Shown: piece after piece, positions 6,677-18,652 of the stretch
Numbering within the stretch: the stretch's first letter is position 1
Layout: each line of letters starts with the position of its first letter
DNA from: Escherichia coli
GTDB taxonomy: Bacteria > Pseudomonadota > Gammaproteobacteria > Enterobacterales > Enterobacteriaceae
Length of the DNA stretch: 30,915 nucleotides
Strand: one strand, 5' to 3'
Assembly (NCBI RefSeq): GCF_003334335.1
Contig: NZ_QOWQ01000048.1
Program-made: the position numbers and the translations under genes
The notes under the pieces: model-generated
Told to the model about the DNA's origin: nothing
What the model saw: only the letters and a program-made list of their open reading frames with translations
Databases searched by the model: none

Positions 6677-8938
6677 TTACATCTGACGGTTTTTATTGAA
6701 GTTAATCAAACTACCCGCCTTGATAATCTCGCGCTCTTCAGCAGTCAGACTTTCCATATAGAGCGTAATTTCCGTTACCGGCGCATCTTCATGGATCACA
6801 TAACCTTTAAACGTCGTACCCGGATTATCCAGCGCCGCTTTAATGCCAGGGATGTAAATGTAATCCCCCACTTCAAAGGTTGGTACTTCCGCCATTTGCA
6901 GCGGTAACATCCCCCAGTTGATGACGTTAGAACGATAGCGTTTAGTCGCGTACTCCTCGGCAATATTCGCCAGACCGCCAATCACACGCTGGCAGCTCGC
7001 CGCCTGTTCACGCGCAGAACCATCGCCTGGTTTCACCGCATAGACCATGCTGCCAATTTCAGTTTGCAGCGGATCAATATGCTCCTGACCAGCAATCTGC
7101 TTAATGCGCGCAAACACCTCTGTCAGCTCGCTGACATTCCCCGCCAGACGCTGATTTTCCAGCTCAGCAGTCGCTTTACTTCTGCTAACATAACCGGGAT
7201 CGCGGCGAGACAGGGTAAACTCCGCCAGACCAATCGGATTTGAACGATAAGAAGAGGTTTCACCGGAAGGAATCAGTTCGTCGGTGGTGGTCACTTCGTC
7301 GAGGATCTTCGAGCACACTTTCAGGACGATATTGTCAGTCAGCGCACCCAATTCCGGCCAGTCTTTAATGTTCGGCCCGTAAATCAGCGGTTGCTGAGTT
7401 GCCCCTTTCACAAAGCCCTGATAAACACGGTTTTTATACGGCGTTACATCGAAGGCGTACTCCGGCACGTTGTCCCAGCAATCAAGTTCGCTGGCAGAGG
7501 TTAAATAGCCACCGTTTGCCGCAGTCGCAGCGATAGAACGAGCGTCCATCAACGCCACCGCTGACATCTGCCCATTAGCTGGCTTAGAGCCTTCGCGGTT
7601 CGGGAAGTTACGCGTGGTGTGGCGAATACTCAAACCGTTGTTGATTGGCGTATCGCCCGCGCCAAAGCATGGGCCGCAGAACGCGGTTCTGATGATTGCG
7701 CCTGCGCCAATCAAATCTGCTACCACACCTTTTTTGGCGAGATCCATAAACACCGGCTGTGATGACGGGTAAACTGCCAGCGAGAAGGTGTCATTGCCAC
7801 AGGATTGACCGCGCAGTGCATTCGCCGCCGCGATGACGTTTTCGTAGTTACCGCCAGAACAGCCCGCGATAATCCCCTGCTGCACTTTCAGGCGACCATT
7901 TTCCACTTTATCCAGCAGCGAGAGTTTGGCTTTACCGTGCGCCACGCGTTCGGACTCAATTTCAATCTCACGCAGAATGTCGGTCAGGTTCTGGTTCAGT
8001 GTGTCGATTTCATACACGTTGCTCGGGTGGAACGGCAGCGCAATCATTGGTTTGATGGCGCTTAAATCAACGCTGATGCAGCCATCGTAGTACGCCATCG
8101 GTTGAGGGTTAAGCTGGCAGTAATCCTGGCCGCGACCGTGCAGCGCCAGCCAGTTATGGACTTCTTCATCGGTTTGCCAGACAGAACTTAAACAGGTCGT
8201 TTCAGTGGTCATCACGTCAACGCTGTTACGGAAATCGGTAGAGAGCGCGCTAACGCCCGGTCCAACGAACTCCATGACTTTGTTTTTGACGTAACCGTTT
8301 TTGAACACCGCGCCAATGATAGCCAGCGCCACATCCTGTGGCCCCACATACGGCGCAGGTTTTCCGGTCAGATGCACCGCAACCACGCCCGGATAGTCGA
8401 TATCCCAGGTGTCATTAAGCAGCTGTTTTACCAACTCACCGCCGCCCTCACCGACTGCCATTGTCCCTAATGCACCGTAACGGGTGTGGCTGTCTGACCC
8501 GAGGATCATTTTGCCGCCGCCTGCCATCATCTCACGCATATATTGATGGATGACCGCAATATGCGGAGGCACAAAAATACCGCCATAACGCTGGGCCGCC
8601 GATAAACCAAAAACATGGTCATCACCGTTAATAGTGCCGCCGACGGCGCAGAGTGAGTTATGGCAGTTGGTCAGCACATACGGCAGCGGGAAACGTTCCA
8701 TACCGGACGCTTTAGCGGTCTGTACAATACCAACAAAGGTAATATCGTGAGAGGCTAATGAATCAAACTTAATTTTAAGTTTATCCATATTTCCGGACGT
8801 ATTATGCGAAGAGAGAATAGACCAGGCAATAGTGCCTTTTTTGGCTTCTTCTTTTTTAATTTCGCCGGTGAAATGTTCTTCGGCAATTATTTCGTTATTA
8901 CTGGCGAGAAACACGCCTTTTTCAGATAACTTGATCAT
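6677..8938 (-). CDS. ybhJ: Aconitase-family putative hydratase
   Basis: Matches E. coli YbhJ. Start set at the internal ATG (MIKLSEK...), which has GGAG 8 nt upstream, rather than the ORF-track start at 8962. Confidence 0.9.
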
Positions 8939-8993
8939 CAAATGCTCCAGATATCTGCGCACCGTGAAGTGCGCAGAAAGATAATAAATGGAT

Positions 8994-9115
8994 ATACTCT
9001 AAATAATTCGAGTTGCAGGAAGGCGACAAGCGAGTGAATCCCCAGGAGCTTACATAAGTAAGTGACTGGGGTGAGCGAACGCAGACGCAGCACATGCAAC
9101 TTGAAGTATGACGAG
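8994..9115. repeat. ERIC (IRU) enterobacterial repetitive intergenic consensus element
   Basis: Contains GTGAATCCCCAGGAGCTTACATAAGTAAGTGACTGGGGTGAGCG, the ERIC core from which the ERIC1R/ERIC2 primers derive. Confidence 0.8.
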
Positions 9116-9120
9116 AATAT

Positions 9121-10554
9121 TTACAGCATGTTCCAGCCGATCAGCATATTCCACCACCACACGCCGAGGGTGATATGCACCAGGAAGGTTAATATCGTCA
9201 GTACCGCACCGACCAACCACCAGGATTTAATATCGTTATAACCCACGCCAAAGATGACCGGACCTGCCGCGCCGCCATAGTGAGTAACCATGCCGCCATA
9301 GGAGTTGGAGAACAACAGTGCCAGCGCGGTTAACATTAACGGTGCGCCGGAGACGTTCGCCAGCATGGCAAATACCGGTAACATAGCAACGATATAGGCA
9401 CTACCGGAAGCGAAGAAATAACGCACGATAATGCTGAGGAAAATAATAACGAAGAAAGCAACGTTACCGTGACCATCAAATGCCAGGTTATTTTTAAAGA
9501 CTTCAGCTAACCATTCGAAGAATTTAACTTTCGATAATAAGGAGCTTAAGCCGATAATACCGCCGTACCAGATTAAGGTATTCCAGCCGCCTTTATTTTT
9601 AACCACGTCTTCCCAGGTAACGATACCCAGCAGCAGCATGGTTGCCATAACAACGATTGCCACGGTGGATTCATCAACCCCCAGAGACTTACTGAAAATC
9701 CAGCCCAGCAGCGCCAGCACAAAGACACCGAGCAGCATTTTTTCGCGGATTTTCATCGGTCCTAGTTCGGCAAGGCCCGCTTTAGCGATGGTTTTGTTAT
9801 CCACCTTCTTAATTTCTGGTGGATACATGGTGTAAATCACCAGCGGGGTGACCAGCAGCATAATGATGCCCGGCAATCCGGCTGCCAGCGCCCATCCACC
9901 CCAGCTAATTTGCAGGTGCAGAATGTCGTTGATCATTTTCAGCGCCAGAATGTTCCCCGCCATTGCGGTAAAGAACATATAGCTGGTGGTTTTGGTGACC
10001 ATGTAAATGGACATCATCAGGTAATGTCCGACACGACGCGGACTTTTTTCCGGTTCGGACCCCAAAGCCACCGCCACGCTGTTGATGATCGGTAACACAA
10101 TGCCGCCCGCACGCGCGGTGTTAGACGGTGTTGCCGGAGCCAGTACCAGATCGAGGAATACCGTAACGTAACCCAGACCCAGCGTGGTGTTACCGATTTT
10201 ACCAATCAGCAGATAGGCAATACGTTTACCTAAACCGGTGGTCACAAATGCGGCGCTTAAGGTAAACGCCGAGAACACCAGCCAGGTGGTACCTGAAGAG
10301 TAACCGCTTAATACGGCGGTGGTTTTAAACGCACCGTCGGATAAGTTACCGACCACCACCATTGAGGCAGCAACGGCAATTAACAGTACGACAGGTTCCG
10401 GGAAAGGCTTGATAACCAGCCCCACAATGGCCGCCAGGTAAATACCAAAAAGCACCCACGCCAGTTCGCTTAATCCTGCCGGAGCTGGCATAAAACCAAT
10501 AATACATGGGATCGCTAATATCAGAATTAGCTTCCATAACGATTTCTTATTCAT
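9121..10554 (-). CDS. ybhI: DASS-family divalent anion:sodium symporter
   Basis: A 477-aa polytopic membrane protein matching E. coli YbhI. Confidence 0.9.
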   Translation of the reverse strand: MNKKSLWKLILILAIPCIIGFMPAPAGLSELAWVLFGIYLAAIVGLVIKPFPEPVVLLIAVAASMVVVGNLSDGAFKTTAVLSGYSSGTTWLVFSAFTLSAAFVTTGLGKRIAYLLIGKIGNTTLGLGYVTVFLDLVLAPATPSNTARAGGIVLPIINSVAVALGSEPEKSPRRVGHYLMMSIYMVTKTTSYMFFTAMAGNILALKMINDILHLQISWGGWALAAGLPGIIMLLVTPLVIYTMYPPEIKKVDNKTIAKAGLAELGPMKIREKMLLGVFVLALLGWIFSKSLGVDESTVAIVVMATMLLLGIVTWEDVVKNKGGWNTLIWYGGIIGLSSLLSKVKFFEWLAEVFKNNLAFDGHGNVAFFVIIFLSIIVRYFFASGSAYIVAMLPVFAMLANVSGAPLMLTALALLFSNSYGGMVTHYGGAAGPVIFGVGYNDIKSWWLVGAVLTILTFLVHITLGVWWWNMLIGWNML

Positions 10555-10629
10555 TTAAAATCCTGTTCTTTCTGTATGACTCATACAGAAGTCCTTTATT
10601 GATTGTCCTTATCCTGACAACGAATTTTT

Positions 10630-11682
10630 TCAGGGAAGATAAACTTCACCGGAAAATATTTTTCTGGTCGTCCGAATAACAGATGCGCGTAACGTCGTGG
10701 CATCCTGACCTTCATTACTTAAATGAACGTCGAGCGCACCACTGGGGTGTTCAATATTGATATTGCCGTATCCTACAGAAGGGACGATTTGTCGGGTGAC
10801 GGTGCCTTCCAATGCACAACTACTGGAAATAGCAATAGCACCGGTTATCGCCAGCGCGCGATGGCAAGAATGCGGCATAAAATAACGCACATTAATTGCC
10901 CCGCCTTTCTGCGCTGGAGAAATAAGCACAGGTTTAGGGATAACCATATTACTGACATCACCTAAGCCCATTGCTTTACCCGCTTGTAGACGGATAGATT
11001 CAATGCGGGCTAATAATGCTTTGTCGGCATCCAGTTCCGCCGGTAATTCATAACCTGTTTTTCCCAGATATTCAGCCGGAATAATGACGACTGGCATCGC
11101 CATATCGATACAGGTCACCGGGACATCGTCAAAATAATCAATCTGATTATCAGTCGGGAAAACTTTTCCGGTTTTGGTTCCAGCGGCATTCAGGAAAGTG
11201 AGCGCAACCGGTGCGGCAGTACCCGGTACGCCGTCAATTCTGGCGCTACCCTCGTACTCGACAACACCATTTGGCGTTTGCACATCAGCTTCGATGAACG
11301 TACCCGTATTGACGTTGCGGATACGTACGCGAGTAACTGGCGAAGTCGCTGCAATCAAACCATTTTCAATGGCGAATGCCCCAACACCAGACAGCATATT
11401 GCCGCAGTTAGGCGTGGTATCGACACGTTGCTCATGAACGATTACCTGCGCAAACAGATAATCGACATCAGCACGCGGATCGCTGGAACGGCTAATAATG
11501 GCGACTTTACTGGTCAGTGGATTACCGCCGCCAATACCGTCAATTTCCAGATCGTTACCGGAACCCATAATTGCCATCAATATTTTATCGCGCTGCGTTT
11601 GATCTTCGGGTAAATGTTCCGCTAACAGGAACGCGCCCCTCGAGGTTCCACCTCGCATCATCACGCAGGGTATTTTTTTCAT
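10630..11682 (-). CDS. ybhH: PrpF/AcnD-accessory-family putative isomerase
   Basis: A 350-aa product matching E. coli YbhH. Confidence 0.9.
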   Translation of the reverse strand: MKKIPCVMMRGGTSRGAFLLAEHLPEDQTQRDKILMAIMGSGNDLEIDGIGGGNPLTSKVAIISRSSDPRADVDYLFAQVIVHEQRVDTTPNCGNMLSGVGAFAIENGLIAATSPVTRVRIRNVNTGTFIEADVQTPNGVVEYEGSARIDGVPGTAAPVALTFLNAAGTKTGKVFPTDNQIDYFDDVPVTCIDMAMPVVIIPAEYLGKTGYELPAELDADKALLARIESIRLQAGKAMGLGDVSNMVIPKPVLISPAQKGGAINVRYFMPHSCHRALAITGAIAISSSCALEGTVTRQIVPSVGYGNINIEHPSGALDVHLSNEGQDATTLRASVIRTTRKIFSGEVYLP

Positions 11683-11865
11683 AATAATGCCCTCAATTTA
11701 AAAACATAACTTATTGCGATATGGTTACATTAAGGGCAAAGCATCTCTAATGACTTTAGCTCAACGATTAATAACATTTTTTCATTAATTTAAGTTGGCT
11801 AAATGCAGTTAAAATTTTTAACGGCCAGCCACCCAAAATCGTCGCTTCCATTTTCCGGAGTAATA

Positions 11866-12819
11866 ATGAAGCATGAATTATCAAGTATGAAGGCATTTGT
11901 CATACTGGCAGAGTCCAGTTCGTTTAACAATGCCGCTAAATTACTCAATATTACGCAACCTGCATTAACGCGAAGAATAAAAAAGATGGAGGAAGATTTA
12001 CATATTCAACTATTTGAGCGTACAACTCGCAAGGTTACGTTAACAAAAGCAGGAAAAAGGTTGCTCCCGGAGGCGCGGGAATTAATAAAGAAATTCGATG
12101 AAACGCTTTTTAATATTCGTGATATGAATGCTTATCATCGTGGTATGGTGACGTTAGCGTGTATTCCGACCGCAGTATTTTATTTTTTACCGCTGGCAAT
12201 CGGTAAATTTAATGAGCTGTATCCCAATATTAAAGTGCGGATTCTGGAACAAGGCACGAATAATTGCATGGAATCGGTGCTGTGTAACGAATCAGACTTT
12301 GGCATAAACATGAACAACGTCACAAATTCATCCATTGATTTTACCCCACTGGTCAACGAGCCGTTCGTGCTGGCCTGTCGGCGTGACCATCCATTGGCCA
12401 AAAAGCAGCTTGTAGAATGGCAGGAGTTAGTGGGTTACAAAATGATTGGCGTACGCTCCTCCAGCGGCAACCGACTGTTGATAGAACAACAGCTGGCCGA
12501 CAAGCCCTGGAAGCTGGACTGGTTTTACGAAGTGCGTCATCTTTCGACGTCATTAGGACTGGTGGAGGCGGGACTGGGGATTTCGGCGCTTCCTGGCCTG
12601 GCAATGCCTCATGCGCCCTATTCTTCGATTATTGGTATCCCATTGGTGGAACCCGTTATACGTCGAACATTGGGAATAATTCGCCGTAAAGATGCCGTAC
12701 TTTCTCCAGCAGCAGAACGCTTTTTTGCCTTGCTGATTAATTTATGGACTGACGATAAAGACAATTTGTGGACCAATATCGTCGAACGCCAGAGACACGC
12801 GTTACAGGAGATAGGTTAA
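11866..12819 (+). CDS. ybhD: LysR-type transcriptional regulator
   Basis: Start at the internal ATG (MKHELSS...) with a GGAG SD. N-terminal helix-turn-helix. Divergent from ybhH. Confidence 0.85.
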   Translation: MKHELSSMKAFVILAESSSFNNAAKLLNITQPALTRRIKKMEEDLHIQLFERTTRKVTLTKAGKRLLPEARELIKKFDETLFNIRDMNAYHRGMVTLACIPTAVFYFLPLAIGKFNELYPNIKVRILEQGTNNCMESVLCNESDFGINMNNVTNSSIDFTPLVNEPFVLACRRDHPLAKKQLVEWQELVGYKMIGVRSSSGNRLLIEQQLADKPWKLDWFYEVRHLSTSLGLVEAGLGISALPGLAMPHAPYSSIIGIPLVEPVIRRTLGIIRRKDAVLSPAAERFFALLINLWTDDKDNLWTNIVERQRHALQEIG

Positions 12820-12859
12820 TACACCGGCGCAGGAGAGACTGCGCCGGGTAAATCAGCGG

Positions 12860-13891
<1,032 letters not shown>

Positions 13892-14009
13892 CTAAAATTA
13901 GTCGCTTTTGGCGGTGAATGCTGAATTAAAACGCAGAATTTTGTCCGATAGTGGTATCGGTGTACCATTCGCGCAGACGAAAATTCTTAACCTTAATCTG
14001 GAATACGCC

Positions 14010-14828
14010 ATGACCACACGCGTGATTGCTCTCGACTTAGACGGCACCTTATTGACCCCGAAAAAGACCCTGCTTCCTTCATCGATAGAAGCCCTGGCCC
14101 GCGCTCGCGAAGCAGGCTATCAATTAATCATCGTCACAGGTCGCCATCACGTCGCTATTCATCCTTTTTATCAGGCGCTGGCGCTGGATACACCTGCTAT
14201 TTGCTGTAATGGCACCTATTTGTATGATTATCATGCAAAAACCGTGCTGGAAGCGGACCCAATGCCCGTTATTAAAGCCCTGCAACTCATTGAGATGCTG
14301 AATGAACACCACATTCACGGTCTGATGTATGTCGATGATGCAATGGTCTATGAGCACCCGACCGGGCATGTCATTCGCACATCTAACTGGGCGCAAACCC
14401 TGCCGCCGGAACAGCGTCCGACTTTCACACAAGTCGCTTCTCTGGCTGAAACGGCGCAACAAGTTAACGCCGTATGGAAGTTCGCCCTGACGCACGATGA
14501 CCTGCCGCAATTGCAGCATTTTGGTAAGCATGTCGAACATGAACTGGGACTGGAGTGTGAATGGTCCTGGCACGATCAGGTTGATATTGCACGCGGCGGC
14601 AACAGCAAAGGTAAACGTTTGACGAAATGGGTTGAGGCGCAAGGTTGGTCGATGGAAAACGTCGTGGCATTCGGCGATAACTTTAATGATATCAGTATGC
14701 TGGAAGCCGCTGGTACAGGCGTGGCGATGGGCAACGCCGATGACGCGGTAAAAGCGCGCGCCAACATTGTGATTGGTGATAACACCACCGACAGCATTGC
14801 CCAGTTCATTTATAGCCACCTGATTTAA
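14010..14828 (+). CDS. ybhA: HAD-family pyridoxal-phosphate / sugar phosphatase
   Basis: Start at the internal ATG (MTTRVIALDLDGTLL...) carrying the HAD DxDGT motif, giving 272 aa. Confidence 0.9.
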   Translation: MTTRVIALDLDGTLLTPKKTLLPSSIEALARAREAGYQLIIVTGRHHVAIHPFYQALALDTPAICCNGTYLYDYHAKTVLEADPMPVIKALQLIEMLNEHHIHGLMYVDDAMVYEHPTGHVIRTSNWAQTLPPEQRPTFTQVASLAETAQQVNAVWKFALTHDDLPQLQHFGKHVEHELGLECEWSWHDQVDIARGGNSKGKRLTKWVEAQGWSMENVVAFGDNFNDISMLEAAGTGVAMGNADDAVKARANIVIGDNTTDSIAQFIYSHLI

Positions 14829-15887
14829 TCAGGCGGTTATCGACACACTTTTAATTTGCGCGTACAGCCACAGGCCAGGTTTGATCGCCAGTTCATCCCT
14901 GGCCCACGGGCTGATACGCGCCCACAGCGTTTTACCGCCGACTTCCAGTTCCACTTCCACCTGGCCGTTGTCGTCATAACTATTAACAACTTTTGCCCGC
15001 AATACGTTACGAATGCTGGTTTGCTGCGGCGGTTGTAAAACCAGAGAAACATCGGAAGCCTGAATGCGGATACGTAGCGCAGCTTGCAGCGGTTCGTCCA
15101 GCTTATTGACCCACAAATGCTGATCGCCCAGCGCCAGCGCGGTCATCGCGTAATGCGGATGATGCTCAAGCACCGTCACTTTCAGAATGCTACTTTGTTG
15201 CTCTTTCGGCAGCCACGGATTCATCACGCTACTGCCCCACACTTCCTCCAGCGCGCCAAAGGCTTTCACCTGACCGTTTTCCAGTACCATCACTCTGTCT
15301 GCCAGATGGAGGATCTCATCCAGCGAATGGCTGACATACAACATCGGAATGTTGATTTCCCGTGTCAGCCGTTGCAGATAAGGCAACAGTTCGCGTTTAC
15401 GCGGAATATCCAGTGACGCCAGCGGTTCATCCAGCAACAGCAATTCCGGTGCTGTCAGCAAAGCCCGACCAATCGCCACGCGCTGTTTTTCGCCTCCGGA
15501 CAGGCTGCCTGGTAAACGGTCAAGCAACGGTTCAATGCCTAAAAGCGCCACCAGCTTATCGAACTGATCGACCATACTTTTCGACATGCCGTAGCGCAGA
15601 TTGCCACGCACTTTGTAATGCGGGAACAGCCGCGCATCCTGAAAAACATAGCCAACGCGACGCTTTTCCGGCGTCAGGCAGATACCTTTTTCGGCATCAT
15701 TTAGTACCCGCCCATTGAGGACAATCCGCCCTTTTTGCGGGCGCGTCAGTCCACTGATGGCGTTAATCAGCGAAGTTTTTCCGGCACCGGAGACGCCAAA
15801 GATAGCAGTGATGCCATTGGCGGGCAGCGTTTCATTAATAGTCAGGCAATGGTTGCCCAACGTCTGGGAAAAATTCAGTTCCAGCAT
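14829..15887 (-). CDS. modC: Molybdate ABC transporter ATP-binding protein
   Basis: Walker [10 protein letters not shown] and ABC signature LSGGEKQR; 352 aa. Confidence 0.95.
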
Positions 15888-15889
15888 GA

Positions 15890-16579
15890 TTAGCGCCCCG
15901 CCCGTTCACGGCTGATTCTGGCCAGCCATTCTGAAATTAACAGGGAGATCATCGCCAGCGCAATAGAAATAATGCACAGTCTCGCCGCTCCACTTTCCCC
16001 GCCGGGGGTCTGGATCAGGGTATACATGGCAGAAGGAATGGTTCGCGTTTCACCAGGAATGTTCGACACAAAGGTGATGGTTGCACCAAACTCACCGAGA
16101 GAACGAGCAAAAGCCAGTACCGTACCAACAATAATTCCCGGTAAGGTCAGCGGTAACGTGATAGTAAAGAAAACGCGCCAGCGCCCGGCCCCCAGTGTTC
16201 TTGCGGCCTGTTCCAGTTTGACATCAACCCCTTCCAGCGCCAGACGAATTGCCCGCACCATCAGCGGAAACGACATGACGGCGGCAGCGAGAACCGCGCC
16301 GCGCCAGCTAAAGGCGAAGGTAATACCAAACCAGTCATACAGACGTTCACCGATAAATCCGCGCCGTCCCATCGAAACTAATAATAAGTAACCGACGACC
16401 ACGGGCGGTAACACCAGCGGTAGATGCAGTACGCTGTCGAGCAGAGCTTTGCCCGGAAACGTGCAACGCACCAGTAACCAGGCAAAAAAGATCCCAAACG
16501 GCAGGCTAAACAGCACAGCCAGGGAAGAAACTTTCAGGCTTAATAAAACTGCCTGCCATTCTGGATCGGTCAGTATCAT
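15890..16579 (-). CDS. modB: Molybdate ABC transporter permease
   Basis: A 229-aa membrane protein; its start overlaps the modA stop by 1 nt (TAATG). Confidence 0.95.
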
Positions 16580-17352
16580 TACTTGATTGTAAATCCGTAA
16601 CGTTTAAAGATTTCCGCTGCCTGCGGTCCCTTCAGATAATCATAAAATGCTTTCACTGTCGCATTGTTATGCCCTTCCACAACAGCAACCGGATATTCCA
16701 CTTTTTTATGTGAATCTTCCGGGAAGGTGGCAACCACTTTTACCCCTTTGCTGGCAACTGCGTCAGAACCGTAGACAATGCCCAGAGGCGCTTCGTTACG
16801 TTCGACCAGCGCCAGCGCCCCACGAACATCTTCCGCTGGGGCCAGTTTCGGAGAGAGCGTATCCCATGCGCCCAGTTTTTGCAGTGCTTCTTTTGCATAA
16901 ATGCCAGCGGGAACATGTTCCGGATCGCCAACCGCCAGGCGACCGCCATTCAGCAGTGAAGTCCAGTTGGTTTTGCTGTCGATGGTGAAATCTTTCTGCA
17001 CGCTGGCTTTCGGTGCTACAACGACCAGGCTATTGCCGAGCAGTGTCTGACGCGTAGCTGTATCGATCGCTTTTTTATCAACCGCATAATCCATCCATTT
17101 CTGATCGGCAGAAATAAACAGATCCGCAGGCGCACCCGCTTCAATCTGACGGGCGAGAGTAGATGACGAAGCGAAAGAAGAAACCACATCCACGCCTTTC
17201 TCTTTTTTAAACTGCGTAGCAATGTCCTGCATTGCGTTAGTCAGTGATGCGGCGGCGAACACCGTGATTTTCCCTTCATCTGCCAGTGCATTGCCAGCAA
17301 CAGCGAAAGAGAGTGCCGCCCCGGCAAACAAGTTCAACCATTTACGAGCCAT
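16579..17352 (-). CDS. modA: Periplasmic molybdate-binding protein
   Basis: A 257-aa product with a signal peptide, matching ModA. Confidence 0.95.
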   Translation of the reverse strand: MARKWLNLFAGAALSFAVAGNALADEGKITVFAAASLTNAMQDIATQFKKEKGVDVVSSFASSSTLARQIEAGAPADLFISADQKWMDYAVDKKAIDTATRQTLLGNSLVVVAPKASVQKDFTIDSKTNWTSLLNGGRLAVGDPEHVPAGIYAKEALQKLGAWDTLSPKLAPAEDVRGALALVERNEAPLGIVYGSDAVASKGVKVVATFPEDSHKKVEYPVAVVEGHNNATVKAFYDYLKGPQAAEIFKRYGFTIK

Positions 17353-17361
17353 TGGTAACCC

Positions 17362-17395
17362 CTTAATGTAACGTTATGTAGGCGACAATATAACG
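17362..17395 (-). promoter_or_regulatory. Probable ModE operator in the modABC promoter
   Basis: Inverted repeat CGTTAT...ATAACG (taacgttatgtaggcgacaatataacg) immediately upstream of modA. Confidence 0.5.
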
Positions 17396-17477
17396 ACTAA
17401 CTCGGAATTTTCCCAGCAGTTATTGCTAACCTTTGTGAGGTAGATAAGAAAAAATATCGGCAGGAAAAGCAGGAAGT

Positions 17478-17510
17478 TGAGAAAAAGAAAATGCCCGACT
17501 AAGCGGGCAT
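17478..17510 (-). terminator. Intrinsic terminator of acrZ (minus strand)
   Basis: Hairpin ATGCCCG/CGGGCAT; the minus-strand reading is followed by TTTCTTTTTCTC. Confidence 0.5.
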
Positions 17511-17518
17511 TCAGGGAA

Positions 17519-17686
<168 letters not shown>

Positions 17687-17796
17687 TCATGAGACTATTC
17701 TAACCGCTAAGCACAGAAAAGCACTCCCCTTTTGTGCGGTCAGCTTTGCGTGGCGTTCGTTTTCCGTCACAATAAGACTTTTGCCAGGACATTGTT

Positions 17797-18585
17797 ATGC
17801 AGGCCGAAATCCTTCTCACCCTTAAGCTCCAACAAAAATTATTCGCCGACCCGCGCCGCATTTCGCTACTAAAACACATTGCGCTTTCCGGTTCCATTAG
17901 CCAGGGAGCGAAAGATGCCGGTATTAGCTATAAAAGCGCCTGGGATGCCATTAACGAGATGAATCAGTTAAGTGAGCATATTCTGGTCGAGCGCGCAACA
18001 GGCGGTAAAGGTGGCGGCGGCGCAGTACTGACCCGCTATGGTCAGCGACTGATTCAGCTCTATGACTTACTGGCGCAAATCCAGCAAAAAGCCTTTGATG
18101 TGTTAAGTGACGATGACGCCCTGCCGCTGAACAGCCTGCTGGCCGCGATCTCACGTTTTTCACTGCAAACCAGCGCCCGTAACCAGTGGTTCGGTACCAT
18201 CACCGCCCGCGATCATGATGACGTTCAACAGCATGTTGATGTCTTACTGGCTGACGGAAAAACACGCCTGAAAGTCGCAATTACCGCACAAAGCGGCGCG
18301 CGTCTGGGGCTGGATGAAGGCAAAGAAGTGTTGATATTGCTAAAAGCGCCGTGGGTAGGTATTACTCAGGACGAGGCGGTCGCGCAAAACGCTGACAACC
18401 AATTACCGGGTATTATTAGTCATATTGAGCGCGGCGCAGAGCAGTGCGAAGTATTAATGGCGCTACCCGACGGGCAAACACTGTGCGCCACAGTGCCGGT
18501 AAATGAAGCGACTTCTCTTCAGCAAGGACAGAATGTCACGGCCTACTTTAATGCCGACAGCGTGATTATCGCCACGCTGTGCTAA
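17797..18585 (+). CDS. modE: Molybdate-responsive transcriptional regulator
   Basis: A 262-aa product matching ModE. Confidence 0.95.
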   Translation: MQAEILLTLKLQQKLFADPRRISLLKHIALSGSISQGAKDAGISYKSAWDAINEMNQLSEHILVERATGGKGGGGAVLTRYGQRLIQLYDLLAQIQQKAFDVLSDDDALPLNSLLAAISRFSLQTSARNQWFGTITARDHDDVQQHVDVLLADGKTRLKVAITAQSGARLGLDEGKEVLILLKAPWVGITQDEAVAQNADNQLPGIISHIERGAEQCEVLMALPDGQTLCATVPVNEATSLQQGQNVTAYFNADSVIIATLC

Positions 18586-18652
18586 GCGTGTTGACAATTT
18601 GTTATGAAACACGTATCCCTGTCAGTAATCGCTGCACAAAGTGGGATATAAA

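Noticed and set aside
8939-8962. ORF-track 5' extensions of ybhJ (8962), ybhD (11803), ybhA (13908), modF (18641), galE (20344) and gpmA (24831)
   Set aside because: In each case an internal ATG with a better-placed Shine-Dalgarno sequence gives the established protein length; the extensions run into promoter DNA.
12824-12847. 7-bp-stem hairpin between ybhD and pgl as a possible terminator
   Set aside because: No U-tract on either strand, so not called as an intrinsic terminator.
14124-14819. 231-aa minus-strand ORF antisense to ybhA
   Set aside because: Shadow ORF; ybhA on the plus strand has the HAD motifs and a proper start.
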